From a virus (lineage: Duplodnaviria > Caudoviricetes): 55,723 bases of DNA. This document shows, piece after piece, positions 8,739-17,007 of this stretch. A program made the translations under genes and the position numbers. The stretch covers positions 1 to 55,723 of IMG/VR virus record IMGVR_UViG_3300025389_000003; one strand, given 5' to 3'. Numbering within the stretch: the first letter of the stretch is position 1; every line of letters begins with the position of its first letter. The notes beneath the pieces were generated by a model. It did not search any database and was not told where the DNA came from. It saw only the letters and a program-made list of their open reading frames with translations.

Positions 8739-10181
8739 CTACTGAGAGTAGGGGTTTTGCTTGCTACGTGCGTTGTAGATCTCCGCATCGGTGATGTCCT
8801 CTTGCGTGATCTCCTCCCTTGGAGGCGCGTCAATGCTGATCCACCCCGCGTCCCTTAAATACCTCAACCCTTGGCTGATGCAGTCCACGAACTCATCATG
8901 CGCTGACTCAGGAAATGAACAGATCTGGCTCACCATGCCCTCCGCCCAATCCCTTACGTATCCTTTCCTCACACTGCTCTCAGGTATCCATACGCGACCA
9001 GCCTTGATGATGTTCGCCACAATGGATAGCCTTTGCACCTTATCTGCGCGACCAGGGTTATAAGCCTGAACTGGTATGTGCGCCCTTTGCAAGTCTTGGA
9101 TCAATGATATGCCTGCGGACTTATCCTCAACCAAGACGAGGTCAACCAACTTCCTGTCTTTCCCTTCTCCATATACGACCTCATACTCTTCGAGAACTTT
9201 AGGTCGCAAGTCTGGATACTGTAAGTGTTCTTGCCAACAATCCAAGATGAGTACAGACATCCCCCCATCCAAGGGCTTGAATACTGCCAATGTGATTGAT
9301 CCCGTTGGATCGTTGTATGTTTTATCTGAGGTGGCGCAATCATAGCTTTGGACGATGTATTCAAGCTTAGGGAAAGCCTTACCATCAGGCCATAGCCTGA
9401 ACCAATCCCTCTTGACTATTCCACCCTCCTCGGCGTCGATCAGCTCCGCATAGATCTCCTGTCGGCCTAGCTTCATCCCCTCATAGGACATGATCTGCTT
9501 CTTGAAGTTTTCCGCCAAGTTGTCGATGTTAGCGTATGTGGATGCACGCGTGATGACAACATCATCCCCTTCGCGCCCTACTAGTTCAACTATTAAGTCT
9601 TTAGGTTTAGGAGTTGTTGAGCAAATCAACTTGGTCTTCTTACCCAAGCGCATACCGAACTGTATCTGATCCCACGCTTCCTGAAGGTATTCCCATGCTG
9701 CCAACTCATCTAGCCATCCCCCATGGAACTGTGGCCCCCTGAAGCGCTCGGGCTCGGAGGCTGGGATTCCCTTGATGAACGATCCATTGATCAAATGTAT
9801 CTCATGAAGGCTTGAGTTGTATTTCTCTACTAGTTGAACTGGGATTACATTGAGGAGTCCTGAGTCACCCTCAAAGCATGTTCCCTTCAAGTCACCGCTA
9901 GTCGGAGCCGATACAAGCCATCTCGTGTTGGGATTGTTCCATGCCCATGATGCCAACGTCTCAGCCGATGCCCTAGTCTTCCCTGCTCCACGGCCAGCGA
10001 GCATCAGCCATATGCTCCACCAATCCCCTGATGGCTCAATCTGATGCTTATGCGCCTTCTCCCTCAGCCATTGATACTGCCATAACCACACGATCTGATC
10101 TATGGCGCTGAGCTTGGTGAACTCGGCTTGGGTCTTGGGGTCCATCAGGACCTCGTCAACCAACTCTAGCGTCTGGCTCAT
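8739..10181 (-). CDS. terL: Terminase large subunit
   Basis: Walker A LAGRGAGKT, Walker B GWLDE, CSTTP coupling motif, nuclease SYDCA...VEDKSAG...HDEFVD. Confidence 0.95.
   Translation of the reverse strand: MSQTLELVDEVLMDPKTQAEFTKLSAIDQIVWLWQYQWLREKAHKHQIEPSGDWWSIWLMLAGRGAGKTRASAETLASWAWNNPNTRWLVSAPTSGDLKGTCFEGDSGLLNVIPVQLVEKYNSSLHEIHLINGSFIKGIPASEPERFRGPQFHGGWLDELAAWEYLQEAWDQIQFGMRLGKKTKLICSTTPKPKDLIVELVGREGDDVVITRASTYANIDNLAENFKKQIMSYEGMKLGRQEIYAELIDAEEGGIVKRDWFRLWPDGKAFPKLEYIVQSYDCATSDKTYNDPTGSITLAVFKPLDGGMSVLILDCWQEHLQYPDLRPKVLEEYEVVYGEGKDRKLVDLVLVEDKSAGISLIQDLQRAHIPVQAYNPGRADKVQRLSIVANIIKAGRVWIPESSVRKGYVRDWAEGMVSQICSFPESAHDEFVDCISQGLRYLRDAGWISIDAPPREEITQEDITDAEIYNARSKQNPYSQ
9581..9593. 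promoter_or_regulatory. Palindrome site CTAGTTCAACTAT (inside terL, one mismatch)
   Basis: 12/13 match to CYAGTTSAACTRG. Confidence 0.65.
9830..9842. promoter_or_regulatory. 13-bp palindrome site CTAGTTGAACTGG (inside terL)
   Basis: Perfect match. Confidence 0.8.
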
Positions 10182-10543
10182 TCGGCTTGTCTTGCAAGCT
10201 TAATGTTCTCTAGCAGTTGGCCAAACACATTGATGTTGTGCTCGATCACCACAGGCTGAGTATCTGATCCAGTGTGTTCTGTCCTTGCCAGTTTGGGGAT
10301 GTGATACTCCACTACCGATTGGAACAAATCGAATGCCTTCGCTGGATTCGGTGGTGTGATGTACTCCCCTGTGGGCTCACCCTCCTCATCCAACTTCTGC
10401 ACTCCATTGGCTACCTGATCGAGCCATCCAGTGAGCCTATGAGCGTTTCCATCCACGAATGTGGCTATGGCCTGTCTTGCGTCAGAAGTCGCCTTATTCG
10501 GGCTTCCCAAGGGCCTCCCAGCCCCTTTCTTCGCTGTTCCCAT
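10178..10543 (-). CDS. terS: Terminase small subunit
   Basis: GAGRPLGSPNK N-terminus, EYH.PKL.R.E; directly upstream of and overlapping terL; GGAGG RBS. Confidence 0.75.
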   Translation of the reverse strand: MGTAKKGAGRPLGSPNKATSDARQAIATFVDGNAHRLTGWLDQVANGVQKLDEEGEPTGEYITPPNPAKAFDLFQSVVEYHIPKLARTEHTGSDTQPVVIEHNINVFGQLLENIKLARQAE

Positions 10544-10668
10544 ACTACCTCCAATATTTGTAAATTGTTTATTGATACTAAAGTATAACGTAGAACTTTA
10601 TGATTAGTTTACTACCTATAGTATCTTTGTATTGGCGTAGTGTATCTGATGAATTCTTTTGTGTAAAT

Positions 10669-10699
10669 AAAAAAAGAGGAGCTTCTTTACGGCTCCTCT
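10669..10699 (-). terminator. Rho-independent terminator ending the early operon
   Basis: Minus strand AGAGGAGC-cgtaaagaa-GCTCCTCT followed by a T run. Confidence 0.8.
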
Positions 10700-10738
10700 A
10701 AACTCATGGCAACTGCTTCCATGATCTTTCTTTGCAAT

Positions 10739-10933
10739 CTATTCCTCTTGGTCGCTTCTTAGTATTTTATGCTCCGCCCATTTTCTATATGACTTCAGCT
10801 CTTCGTTTTCTTTCTTGAGCCGATCTATTGTTCCTTGCATGTGCTTCATTCTACTCATGGCTTGTTCTATCCAGTCTTTGACTTCGTTTGTCATTGCGTG
10901 AGTATTTGGCTCTGCCAATTTCTTTGTGGCCAT
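10739..10933 (-). CDS. Hypothetical coiled-coil protein
   Basis: 64-aa ORF, tightly packed in operon. Confidence 0.65.
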   Translation of the reverse strand: MATKKLAEPNTHAMTNEVKDWIEQAMSRMKHMQGTIDRLKKENEELKSYRKWAEHKILRSDQEE

Positions 10934-11047
10934 TTACCTTCTCCAAAATACAAAGTCTAGGTACATCACCAATATGGCTATGATATAGAGAACTGTGAGT
11001 ATTGGTACTCCGCGAAATCTTATTTCGATGTCAGTTTCTTTTTCCAT
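10934..11047 (-). CDS. Small membrane protein (37 aa)
   Basis: MEKETDIEIRFRGVPILTVLYIIAILVMYLDFVFWRR; AAGGA RBS. Confidence 0.55.
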   Translation of the reverse strand: MEKETDIEIRFRGVPILTVLYIIAILVMYLDFVFWRR

Positions 11048-11048
11048 G

Positions 11049-11306
11049 TCATTGTATCCTTTGCGATGGTATGCGGTTACGGATGGCTTCTGCAAGTTCT
11101 TCCTGTTTCCACTCACTTGCTAAGTCTGCGCAAGCCTGTCTCTCGATGAAGATGGCTTGTCTTGTCGTCTCTATTGCGACTTGCATGATCTCGGCTCGTG
11201 CGAGCACAAGCGCCTCATCAAACTCTGTCTGCGTGAAGAATGTTTGAGCGCCTGAGCTTTGTAGGAGTTGGCGAGCCAATCCACTCAGTTCTTTCTTTTC
11301 TGTCAT
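11049..11306 (-). CDS. Hypothetical protein, 'ERxACA...IRxR' family
   Basis: ERQACADLA...AEAIRNR motif shared with ORFs at 14482, 15300, 15530. Confidence 0.65.
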   Translation of the reverse strand: MTEKKELSGLARQLLQSSGAQTFFTQTEFDEALVLARAEIMQVAIETTRQAIFIERQACADLASEWKQEELAEAIRNRIPSQRIQ

Positions 11307-11509
11307 GCGATTCTCGCTACTTTAGCCTTGCGCATGACAGCTTCATACTCTTTCTTGGCTGCATCATCTAACTTGCGCATGGGCAGCTCTTGATAGTATT
11401 TCCATTTGGCTTGGTACTCAGGTTGCTCTGATGGTGGCACCCAACCGTTTGCCCTCCATCTGATTGTGATGTCTGTGCCCGCTGGCGTGTAGATGTATTC
11501 TTTTCTCAT
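11303..11509 (-). CDS. Hypothetical protein
   Basis: 68 aa, ATGA overlaps on both sides. Confidence 0.65.
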   Translation of the reverse strand: MRKEYIYTPAGTDITIRWRANGWVPPSEQPEYQAKWKYYQELPMRKLDDAAKKEYEAVMRKAKVARIA

Positions 11510-11691
11510 GCTGTTTCTTTCTTCAAAATGTTTTGCAAAGATTCTAACAACAACTCAGCCTGGTCCCTTGGGATGACGCAAGTTGTGCAACCCTGTTTGT
11601 GTGAAACGTATAACCATACGGCTCTTTCATCATCCCATTTGTCGAATGATACGCGTGTTCCGTTTTCGCCTTTTACAATTACTTCTTCCAT
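11506..11691 (-). CDS. Hypothetical protein
   Basis: 61 aa from ATG 11691 with AAGGAG RBS. Confidence 0.65.
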   Translation of the reverse strand: MEEVIVKGENGTRVSFDKWDDERAVWLYVSHKQGCTTCVIPRDQAELLLESLQNILKKETA

Positions 11692-11705
11692 GATTGCTCC
11701 TTTGA

Positions 11706-11719
11706 GCCCCCGAAGGGGC
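11706..11719 (-). promoter_or_regulatory. Stable C(UUCG)G hairpin between early genes
   Basis: GCCCC-TTCG-GGGGC immediately upstream of an RBS; no T tract. Confidence 0.5.
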
Positions 11720-11726
11720 ATTTGGT

Positions 11727-12047
11727 TTAGATGGTGGGCTTGAAAGTTGTGCGAGTTGTAGACTCTTTGCGGAAAGACTCTAAGTCAGCTTCTGTGATGC
11801 CGAACTTGGCGCACAATGCATCCATGTCGATAGAACCTTTGACGGTTGTGGCCTTGATCTCAAGGCCATACATCTCGCCACGGAACTCGCCGAGGCCGAA
11901 GTTGACGAGGAGCAAGTCTTTAGAATTTTCCCAAGCTTTCTTGATAGCTTTGTATTCGCGGTCGAGAACTGCGAATGAATCAATAGGATTCTTGAGGGAC
12001 TCAACTGTTGCAGTTGCTTGGATGGTTGCTTGAACTTCTGTGATCAT
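11727..12047 (-). CDS. Hypothetical early protein
   Basis: 106 aa; strong AAAGGAG RBS; first gene after a sigma70-like promoter. Confidence 0.75.
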   Translation of the reverse strand: MITEVQATIQATATVESLKNPIDSFAVLDREYKAIKKAWENSKDLLLVNFGLGEFRGEMYGLEIKATTVKGSIDMDALCAKFGITEADLESFRKESTTRTTFKPTI

Positions 12048-12088
12048 TTGGAACTCCTTTGTTAAACCTGCTGTAGTGCAGTGATTAG

Positions 12089-12117
12089 AATTCTAACTGA
12101 AAATTAGACTCTTGCAA
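12089..12117 (-). promoter_or_regulatory. Sigma70-like promoter overlapped by 17-bp operator TCTAAC-N5-ATTAGA (12092-12108)
   Basis: Minus strand TTGCAA-16 nt-TAGAAT; the inverted repeat is shared with sites at 16550 and 21565. Confidence 0.6.
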
Positions 12118-12136
12118 CAATTATTTTAATACCTGA

Positions 12137-12415
12137 CTAATTTGTGGGGTTTTGTAGTGTTGAGACAACGTTTTTGATGGTTTCGTTCAGGGCGTCGAGT
12201 TCGTCCATCTTAGCTATAGCCCACGCCCTCTTCTGACCATGCCAACCCATCATGCTCCCTTGGTGGCACGACTTGCAGAGAGCCACTACCGTCCAGTGCA
12301 GTCCCTGTTTGATGTGGTGGGCGTCTGATGGGCCATGCTGACCACAGACTGAGCATGGTTGCTCTTTGACCATGCCCACCCACGTCCTTTCTTTTGCGTT
12401 CATTTTGCTATTCAC
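12137..12415 (-). CDS. Zn-binding HNH-like (DUF968/Ref-type) protein
   Basis: CSVC...DAHH...LCKSCH...GWHG. Confidence 0.65.
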   Translation of the reverse strand: MNSKMNAKERTWVGMVKEQPCSVCGQHGPSDAHHIKQGLHWTVVALCKSCHQGSMMGWHGQKRAWAIAKMDELDALNETIKNVVSTLQNPTN

Positions 12416-13118
12416 TCAGGATTCTCCATGCTGTTGCTGCACAAAGTGGGACTTGTCCGTTTCCAATGGCTTTAAGTCTGTCCACTCTAGAGGCCATCCC
12501 ATCAGCCACTCTGTCCACGTTGGGTTCAGTTTGCCACCATTGTGCAGACCCGAAACTTGTTCCCCAAGATTTCCTTTGCCTCTGTCTCTCAAAGCGTGTC
12601 TTGAATCTTGAGCTTTTGGAGTTCCCCAAACATGAGTAAATCCAGATTCTTTCGCGTCTATGGTTTGCACCAATGTCGGAAGCAGATATAACTCCCCACC
12701 TACTGTCATACCCCATTGCGGTAAGGTCTGCAAGGACTCGTTCAAGTCCTCTAGTAACGAGCATTGGACTGTTCTCCACAAATGTGTATTTGGGTCGTAT
12801 TTCGCCAATAATCCTTGCCATTTCTCGCCACATTCCTGATCGTTCTCCATCAAGTCCATCTCCGTTTCCAGCAACTGAGATGTCTTGACATGGAAAGCCT
12901 CCCGATATAACGTCAACAATTCCTCTCCACGGCTTTCCGTCAAAGGTTTGAACGTCATCCCAAATCGGGAAAGGCGGGAGAAGTCCGTCATTTTGTCTTG
13001 CTGCAAGTACGCTTGCTGGATAGGGTTCCCATTCGACTGCACAGACGGTTCGCCATCCGAGCAAATGTCCCCCAAGTATTCCTCCACCAGCGCCTGCGAA
13101 AAGAGCCAACTCATTCAT
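12408..13118 (-). CDS. C5 cytosine DNA methyltransferase, alpha-type chain
   Basis: Motif I LFAGAGG, IV GGFPCQDIS, VI VENS, VIII HRRERIW, X RLKAIGNGQVP; no recognisable motif IX. Confidence 0.9.
   Translation of the reverse strand: MNELALFAGAGGGILGGHLLGWRTVCAVEWEPYPASVLAARQNDGLLPPFPIWDDVQTFDGKPWRGIVDVISGGFPCQDISVAGNGDGLDGERSGMWREMARIIGEIRPKYTFVENSPMLVTRGLERVLADLTAMGYDSRWGVISASDIGANHRRERIWIYSCLGNSKSSRFKTRFERQRQRKSWGTSFGSAQWWQTEPNVDRVADGMASRVDRLKAIGNGQVPLCAATAWRILSE
12416..13114 (-). CDS. Overlapping alternative-frame ORF, putative methyltransferase beta chain (TRD plus motif IX)
   Basis: 232 codons open entirely within the MTase gene; WGTPKAQD and GKLNPTWTEWLMGWP resemble TRD and motif IX. 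Confidence 0.65.
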   Translation of the reverse strand: MSWLFSQALVEEYLGDICSDGEPSVQSNGNPIQQAYLQQDKMTDFSRLSRFGMTFKPLTESRGEELLTLYREAFHVKTSQLLETEMDLMENDQECGEKWQGLLAKYDPNTHLWRTVQCSLLEDLNESLQTLPQWGMTVGGELYLLPTLVQTIDAKESGFTHVWGTPKAQDSRHALRDRGKGNLGEQVSGLHNGGKLNPTWTEWLMGWPLEWTDLKPLETDKSHFVQQQHGES

Positions 13119-13126
13119 ATTTCTCC

Positions 13127-13462
13127 TTAAGATACTGCTTTATCCATAACACGATTAGAAGCCTCTGTAGACCTCCACACTTCAATTCTAGCTTGGGCTG
13201 ATATCAACCCCCATCTAAGCTCTTCTTCGCGTTGTACAGCCCCTTCTAGCCCACTTAGCAGTTGGGTATAGACTGGGTCAGCATATGCCTCTATTTCTGC
13301 ACTAGCAGCCGTTTTAGCAACTCCAGAGGACATGGCTGCCTTCATAAGCATCGCCTTTTGACTTTTACGGTACTCTTCCAAATAAACGCGGTGTGCTTTG
13401 GCTTCTGCGTACTTGATTCCGTGGGTGTAAAGGTAATCTACTGCTTTATCAATTTCTTTCAT
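13127..13462 (-). CDS. Hypothetical helical protein (possibly recombination-mediator-like)
   Basis: 111 aa; AEIEAYADPVY...IEVWRS.EAS.R. Confidence 0.6.
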   Translation of the reverse strand: MKEIDKAVDYLYTHGIKYAEAKAHRVYLEEYRKSQKAMLMKAAMSSGVAKTAASAEIEAYADPVYTQLLSGLEGAVQREEELRWGLISAQARIEVWRSTEASNRVMDKAVS

Positions 13463-13692
13463 GTGTTCTTATCCTTCAGCTTGTCTTCTGCCCATCTTGC
13501 TCCGTTAATAAAGTCAAAGTTGTGTGTCCTTTCATCTTTCATGTCTTCAGAAGTCAGTCCTACCCATTCACGCTTTGCTTCTAAAGCCCTATCAGTCATT
13601 TCCAAGGCGTTCTTCAAACGATGCAACTCAATCTCTACTTCTTTGAGTTTGTTGATTGCTTCAAATGTTTTTTCATGATTCATCTTTATCAC
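13459..13692 (-). CDS. Hypothetical protein
   Basis: REWVGLT..D...WAE.KLK.KNT C-terminal module shared with the 14117 ORF; start uncertain. Confidence 0.6.
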   Translation of the reverse strand: MIKMNHEKTFEAINKLKEVEIELHRLKNALEMTDRALEAKREWVGLTSEDMKDERTHNFDFINGARWAEDKLKDKNT

Positions 13693-13846
13693 CTTCTTTC
13701 ATTGCTCCCAACATATGGTTTAAAGCGTAAATTTTTTTTATGTTTTCTACTTGTTGTTGATGCAAAAAAGTTGATGCTTCTCCTAACGCTTTGTTTGCAC
13801 CATATAACTCAATAAGTTCATCTTGAATTTCTTCTTTGGTTTTCAT
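13673..13846 (-). CDS. Hypothetical protein (57 aa, not in ORF track)
   Basis: MKTKEEIQDELIELYG...; fills the gap between neighbouring ORFs with ATGA overlap. Confidence 0.55.
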   Translation of the reverse strand: MKTKEEIQDELIELYGANKALGEASTFLHQQQVENIKKIYALNHMLGAMKEGDKDES

Positions 13847-14127
13847 TCTTTATTCCTATCTTTTTTTTCTACCATTAGTTGTACAGTTTGTTTATATCCA
13901 TTTTTAAGTAAATCATTTTTTAAAATTTCTAAAACACCTACTGTTGTGGCAAGCAAAATAGAGTCTTCGTATTTCATAAGAACATCAAAAAGTTCAAGTG
14001 TTAATCCTCCAACCAATTCATTTTGAGTTAAATTTTTCATGTGTTCTTCTCCTTTATCAGGCAAGTCATACTTGCGAGATTCATAGACCATCTTGTCGTG
14101 GTCTGTTGGGTGTTGTTTAAGTGGCAT
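13843..14127 (-). CDS. Hypothetical protein
   Basis: 94 aa with AAGGAG RBS; possible internal start at MKNL. Confidence 0.55.
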   Translation of the reverse strand: MPLKQHPTDHDKMVYESRKYDLPDKGEEHMKNLTQNELVGGLTLELFDVLMKYEDSILLATTVGVLEILKNDLLKNGYKQTVQLMVEKKDRNKE

Positions 14128-14485
14128 TGTTTTTCTCCTTCAGCTTGGCTTCTATGTACCGCCATGTTTCAATCATGTCTACATATTCACCATTTGCTGC
14201 ATGAGCGCCACCATATGAACTTCGTGAATTGTCAGACCAATAATCTAAGGCATTATTCATGTCTTCATCAGTCAGTTTTACCCATGTGCGTTGTGGCGTA
14301 CCTATCCCTACATCACCAGTTACTGGATCTACTCTTAACCTAGTGTCTAACTCAGCTTTTTCGTTATATCTTGGTAATGAATTCATGTTTTTCTCCTTGC
14401 ATTTGTGAAACGGCAGAACTCGACCAATCCAACCAATCAATTCACCACATTTTTGGCAACAATAAGATGGATGTTTTGTTTTCAT
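14117..14485 (-). CDS. Hypothetical mosaic protein
   Basis: N-terminal CCQKCG..HKC module plus a second module with its own RBS (ATG 14386). Confidence 0.55.
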   Translation of the reverse strand: MKTKHPSYCCQKCGELIGWIGRVLPFHKCKEKNMNSLPRYNEKAELDTRLRVDPVTGDVGIGTPQRTWVKLTDEDMNNALDYWSDNSRSSYGGAHAANGEYVDMIETWRYIEAKLKEKNNAT

Positions 14486-14694
14486 TCTTTTCCCCTTGCT
14501 CGTATCCAATCACGAAAATGAAAATATTGCGGAGGTATCAATTCTGCACACGCCTCACGTTCTTTTTCTGCTACCATTTTGGCAAAGGCTTCAAGACCAC
14601 AATATGTTATTTCCATAACATCGTATTTATCTGGGTTTCGAGAAAATCTTCCACCAGACTGTTTAGCCATTTTTATGATTTCATCTTTAGTCAT
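14482..14694 (-). CDS. Hypothetical protein, MTKDEII/EREACA family
   Basis: Paralogous to 15300 and 15530 at protein and DNA level. Confidence 0.65.
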   Translation of the reverse strand: MTKDEIIKMAKQSGGRFSRNPDKYDVMEITYCGLEAFAKMVAEKEREACAELIPPQYFHFRDWIRARGKE

Positions 14695-14696
14695 TC

Positions 14697-15128
14697 TTAT
14701 TCCTTTATGCCGTGAGCGGCTTCGATTGCTCTAGCAAACTCTCGTAATGCCTCTGTTGCAGAAATTCCGTTTTGGTCTTGCTCAAATAAAGCAAAGGGTA
14801 TTTCGTCAATATGTTTATCCGTCAAAGGCTTGCGTTGTGGTGTGGTGTAGAGCTTTGTATTTTCTGGCAGTGGTCCATTTGTCCATTCAACTGTATAGCG
14901 ACTTATGTGAACTTCTGCTACCAATGCCACAGGCTCATCTTTTGTTTCTAGTTGTTCTTTATAGGTGGTTTTAGAGGCCATGTTTTGCATATCTTTTGTT
15001 AGTCCTCCATACTCAAGGATTGCTCTAGCAAACAATACAGGAAAGTCAGCCGTGCCATTCGCTTCAACCAACCCCTCTGCTTTGCCACTCATGTGCAAAT
15101 AAATGTTGTGTATTTCTTCATCTGTCAT
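14697..15128 (-). CDS. Hypothetical protein with two FARAI modules
   Basis: MTDEEI...FARAIL and PLTD...FARAIEAAHGI. Confidence 0.65.
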   Translation of the reverse strand: MTDEEIHNIYLHMSGKAEGLVEANGTADFPVLFARAILEYGGLTKDMQNMASKTTYKEQLETKDEPVALVAEVHISRYTVEWTNGPLPENTKLYTTPQRKPLTDKHIDEIPFALFEQDQNGISATEALREFARAIEAAHGIKE

Positions 15129-15307
15129 TTACGCCACCCTTTTTCTTTTAGCCAAACGTCAATCATTGCTCTGCATTCATTTTCCAACGCCACAGGTAAA
15201 TTGAACTCAATCCATGTTGTTTCTACTGCGTTTGGGTTGGGTACAAAGTCATCCCCAAATACAGGTTGACCTTCGCCTTTTACTTCTGCCATTCCAAATT
15301 TATTCAT
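15125..15307 (-). CDS. Hypothetical protein
   Basis: 60 aa from ATG 15307, GGGGA RBS. Confidence 0.55.
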   Translation of the reverse strand: MNKFGMAEVKGEGQPVFGDDFVPNPNAVETTWIEFNLPVALENECRAMIDVWLKEKGWRK

Positions 15308-15533
15308 TATTTCCCCTTGCTCGGATTTTGTCCGAAATGATTTCAGAGTAATTTCGCTCCAACCCACCTGCGTATGAGTCAGCAATTTTTGCACATTCCT
15401 CACGTTCTTTTTCTGCTACCAGTTTGGCAAACTTCTCAAGATACTCAAGCCCAATGATTGGCATCCAGTTCACATCAGTTGCCAAATGAAGACCTGACTT
15501 GTGCGCCATCTCTATGATTTCTTCTTTAGTCAT
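15300..15533 (-). CDS. Hypothetical protein, MTKEEII/EREECA family
   Basis: Paralogue of 14482. Confidence 0.65.
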   Translation of the reverse strand: MTKEEIIEMAHKSGLHLATDVNWMPIIGLEYLEKFAKLVAEKEREECAKIADSYAGGLERNYSEIISDKIRARGNNE

Positions 15534-15706
15534 TCTTCTCCCCTTTTTCGTATTTGTTCAGCAATAGCTTTTGATGGGTGTGGATAAGCAAGCACCCATT
15601 CGTCTGCAATCTTTGCACAAGCCTCACGCTCTACTTCTGCGATCCATCTACAGAGCTTGAGAAAATGTTCTTCAATTAAAAAGTAATCAATTTCTTCTTT
15701 AGTCAT
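15530..15706 (-). CDS. Hypothetical protein, MTKEEI/EREACA family (58 aa, not in ORF track)
   Basis: MTKEEIDYFL...EREACAKIADEW...IRKRGEE. Confidence 0.65.
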   Translation of the reverse strand: MTKEEIDYFLIEEHFLKLCRWIAEVEREACAKIADEWVLAYPHPSKAIAEQIRKRGEE

Positions 15707-15812
15707 TGTTCATCGCCTTATAAGTAAACAAAATTAAAGTCACAACCATGAGTGCGCAAATTACAGCAGGAATTAGCGCCATCACGATCAGCGTTGCCAT
15801 TAAAAGAGTCAT
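15699..15812 (-). CDS. Small membrane peptide (37 aa)
   Basis: MTLLMATLIVMALIPAVICALMVVTLILFTYK; ATGA overlap with the resolvase stop. Confidence 0.5.
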   Translation of the reverse strand: MTLLMATLIVMALIPAVICALMVVTLILFTYKAMNND

Positions 15813-16255
15813 TTCATAGCTCCTATGAAGTAAGCATCAGCCAAAGCTTGTCCCTTGGCTTTTTGCCTTAATTCTTTCCAGTTGGGGAAGAGTTGGATGG
15901 CGGAGCTTCTTGACGCGTCCTTATCAGTTCCAATCAACTGGTTTTTCTTTTTCCATGCTTGGGGTGAGTAGAGGTTGTGTGCAATTTTTAAAGCCCATAG
16001 AACGCCCATAACCGTCCCTACGCTGTGCCCAAAGTTGAACATTGAGGTGACGCCCTGACCAGGCATCGCATGTACGTTTTCAATACAAACAAAGCCGACT
16101 TTGTTGTCGGTCAAAAAGTCAGCCAACTCAGCCCCATTCACGCGCTTGGCGGTGCCAACCGTCACGACTGGCATCATCATCCACTCGATCGGTTCGTAGT
16201 CCTCTAAGACCACGATGGCGCCTGTGATGCCTGGGTCAATCCCTGCTACTCTCAT
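15809..16255 (-). CDS. RuvC-like Holliday junction resolvase
   Basis: GIDPG..GA, IENV, S.F.FG...G, PQAWKK, ADAYFI. Confidence 0.85.
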   Translation of the reverse strand: MRVAGIDPGITGAIVVLEDYEPIEWMMMPVVTVGTAKRVNGAELADFLTDNKVGFVCIENVHAMPGQGVTSMFNFGHSVGTVMGVLWALKIAHNLYSPQAWKKKNQLIGTDKDASRSSAIQLFPNWKELRQKAKGQALADAYFIGAMK

Positions 16256-16530
16256 TTTTTATCCTTTGGGTTAAATTTGTCGCAACGTTGCAAAATAAAT
16301 CTTGGGGCTCGCATTGGTTTGTTTCCATCCATGTAGACGTTACAGGTCCGATGTTTGTACACATAGTTCTGACACTCAAAACACAGTGTTCGGTCGTCAT
16401 CGTCGTAGATGTCTCGGTCATAGAGGCGTGACGCCAAGTCCCATGCCTCATCTTCCGATAATCCTTCCTCCTGAAAGAACTTCAGCCTCTTGAACTTCAA
16501 GTCAGTTGCTTCCTCAATCGTCTTGCTCAT
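16252..16530 (-). CDS. Hypothetical Cys-containing protein
   Basis: RD..DDDR..CFEC...C...LQRC; GGAGG RBS. Confidence 0.7.
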   Translation of the reverse strand: MSKTIEEATDLKFKRLKFFQEEGLSEDEAWDLASRLYDRDIYDDDDRTLCFECQNYVYKHRTCNVYMDGNKPMRAPRFILQRCDKFNPKDKK

Positions 16531-16549
16531 ATCTCCTCCATTTCTGAAG

Positions 16550-16566
16550 TCTAACATACGGTTAGA
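16550..16566. promoter_or_regulatory. 17-bp operator TCTAAC-ATACG-GTTAGA overlapping an extended -10 (TGtTAGACT) leftward promoter
   Basis: Perfect inverted repeat upstream of the 16530 gene. Confidence 0.65.
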
Positions 16567-16577
16567 TTTTGTAAACA

Positions 16578-16850
16578 AAAAAATGAGGGCCCCCCTATCC
16601 CCCTTACTATCCCTTCACCCAAAGACCCCCCTACCCCCACACAAGGGAGTAGAGAGGGAAGGTGCTTCACCCCACCGAAGTGGATCATCATGCTAACGGT
16701 TGGATACGTTATGCCCCCGACTTGATGATTCGACCAGTCGCATGGATTGTTCAGGAACTGCCCCCTAGACCGAAGTCATACCATGTACGCTTTTCTTCCG
16801 CGCCACCACGACTGGGGTGCTTGCTATCGTGCGGAGTACGGGTAAGACAA
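16578..16850. other. Non-coding GC-rich, G-tract region; candidate replication origin or structured RNA
   Basis: No credible ORF; C-runs such as CCCCCTACCCCC; lies near the primase gene. Confidence 0.35.
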
Positions 16851-17000
16851 AAAGCAAAAAACCCATTGGTGAACGAGCTTTAGGCTTGGTTGCCACATAA
16901 GAGCCTGCGTTGACAGGTCATCTTAGCTTTGACGAAGCCCGCTCACCAATGGGTTTGCGGTTGCGTTTCAACGAACTACAACGGTTTACCAAGCCGTTGA
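16850..17000 (-). ncRNA. c4/CI-antisense-like structured RNA candidate
   Basis: 14-bp perfect stem (16859-16872 with 16943-16956) followed by a U run on minus strand; internal ACCAAGCC complementary to GGCTTGGT in the upstream hairpin (16979-16999). Confidence 0.55.
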
Positions 17001-17007
17001 TGTACAA

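Noticed and set aside
10544-10738. tRNA or other RNA gene in the gap before terS
   Set aside because: No cloverleaf or T-loop consensus seen; only a terminator and AT-rich promoter-like sequence.
16662-16883. 73-aa plus-strand ORF in the non-coding block
   Set aside because: No RBS, opposite to local transcription, no recognisable features.
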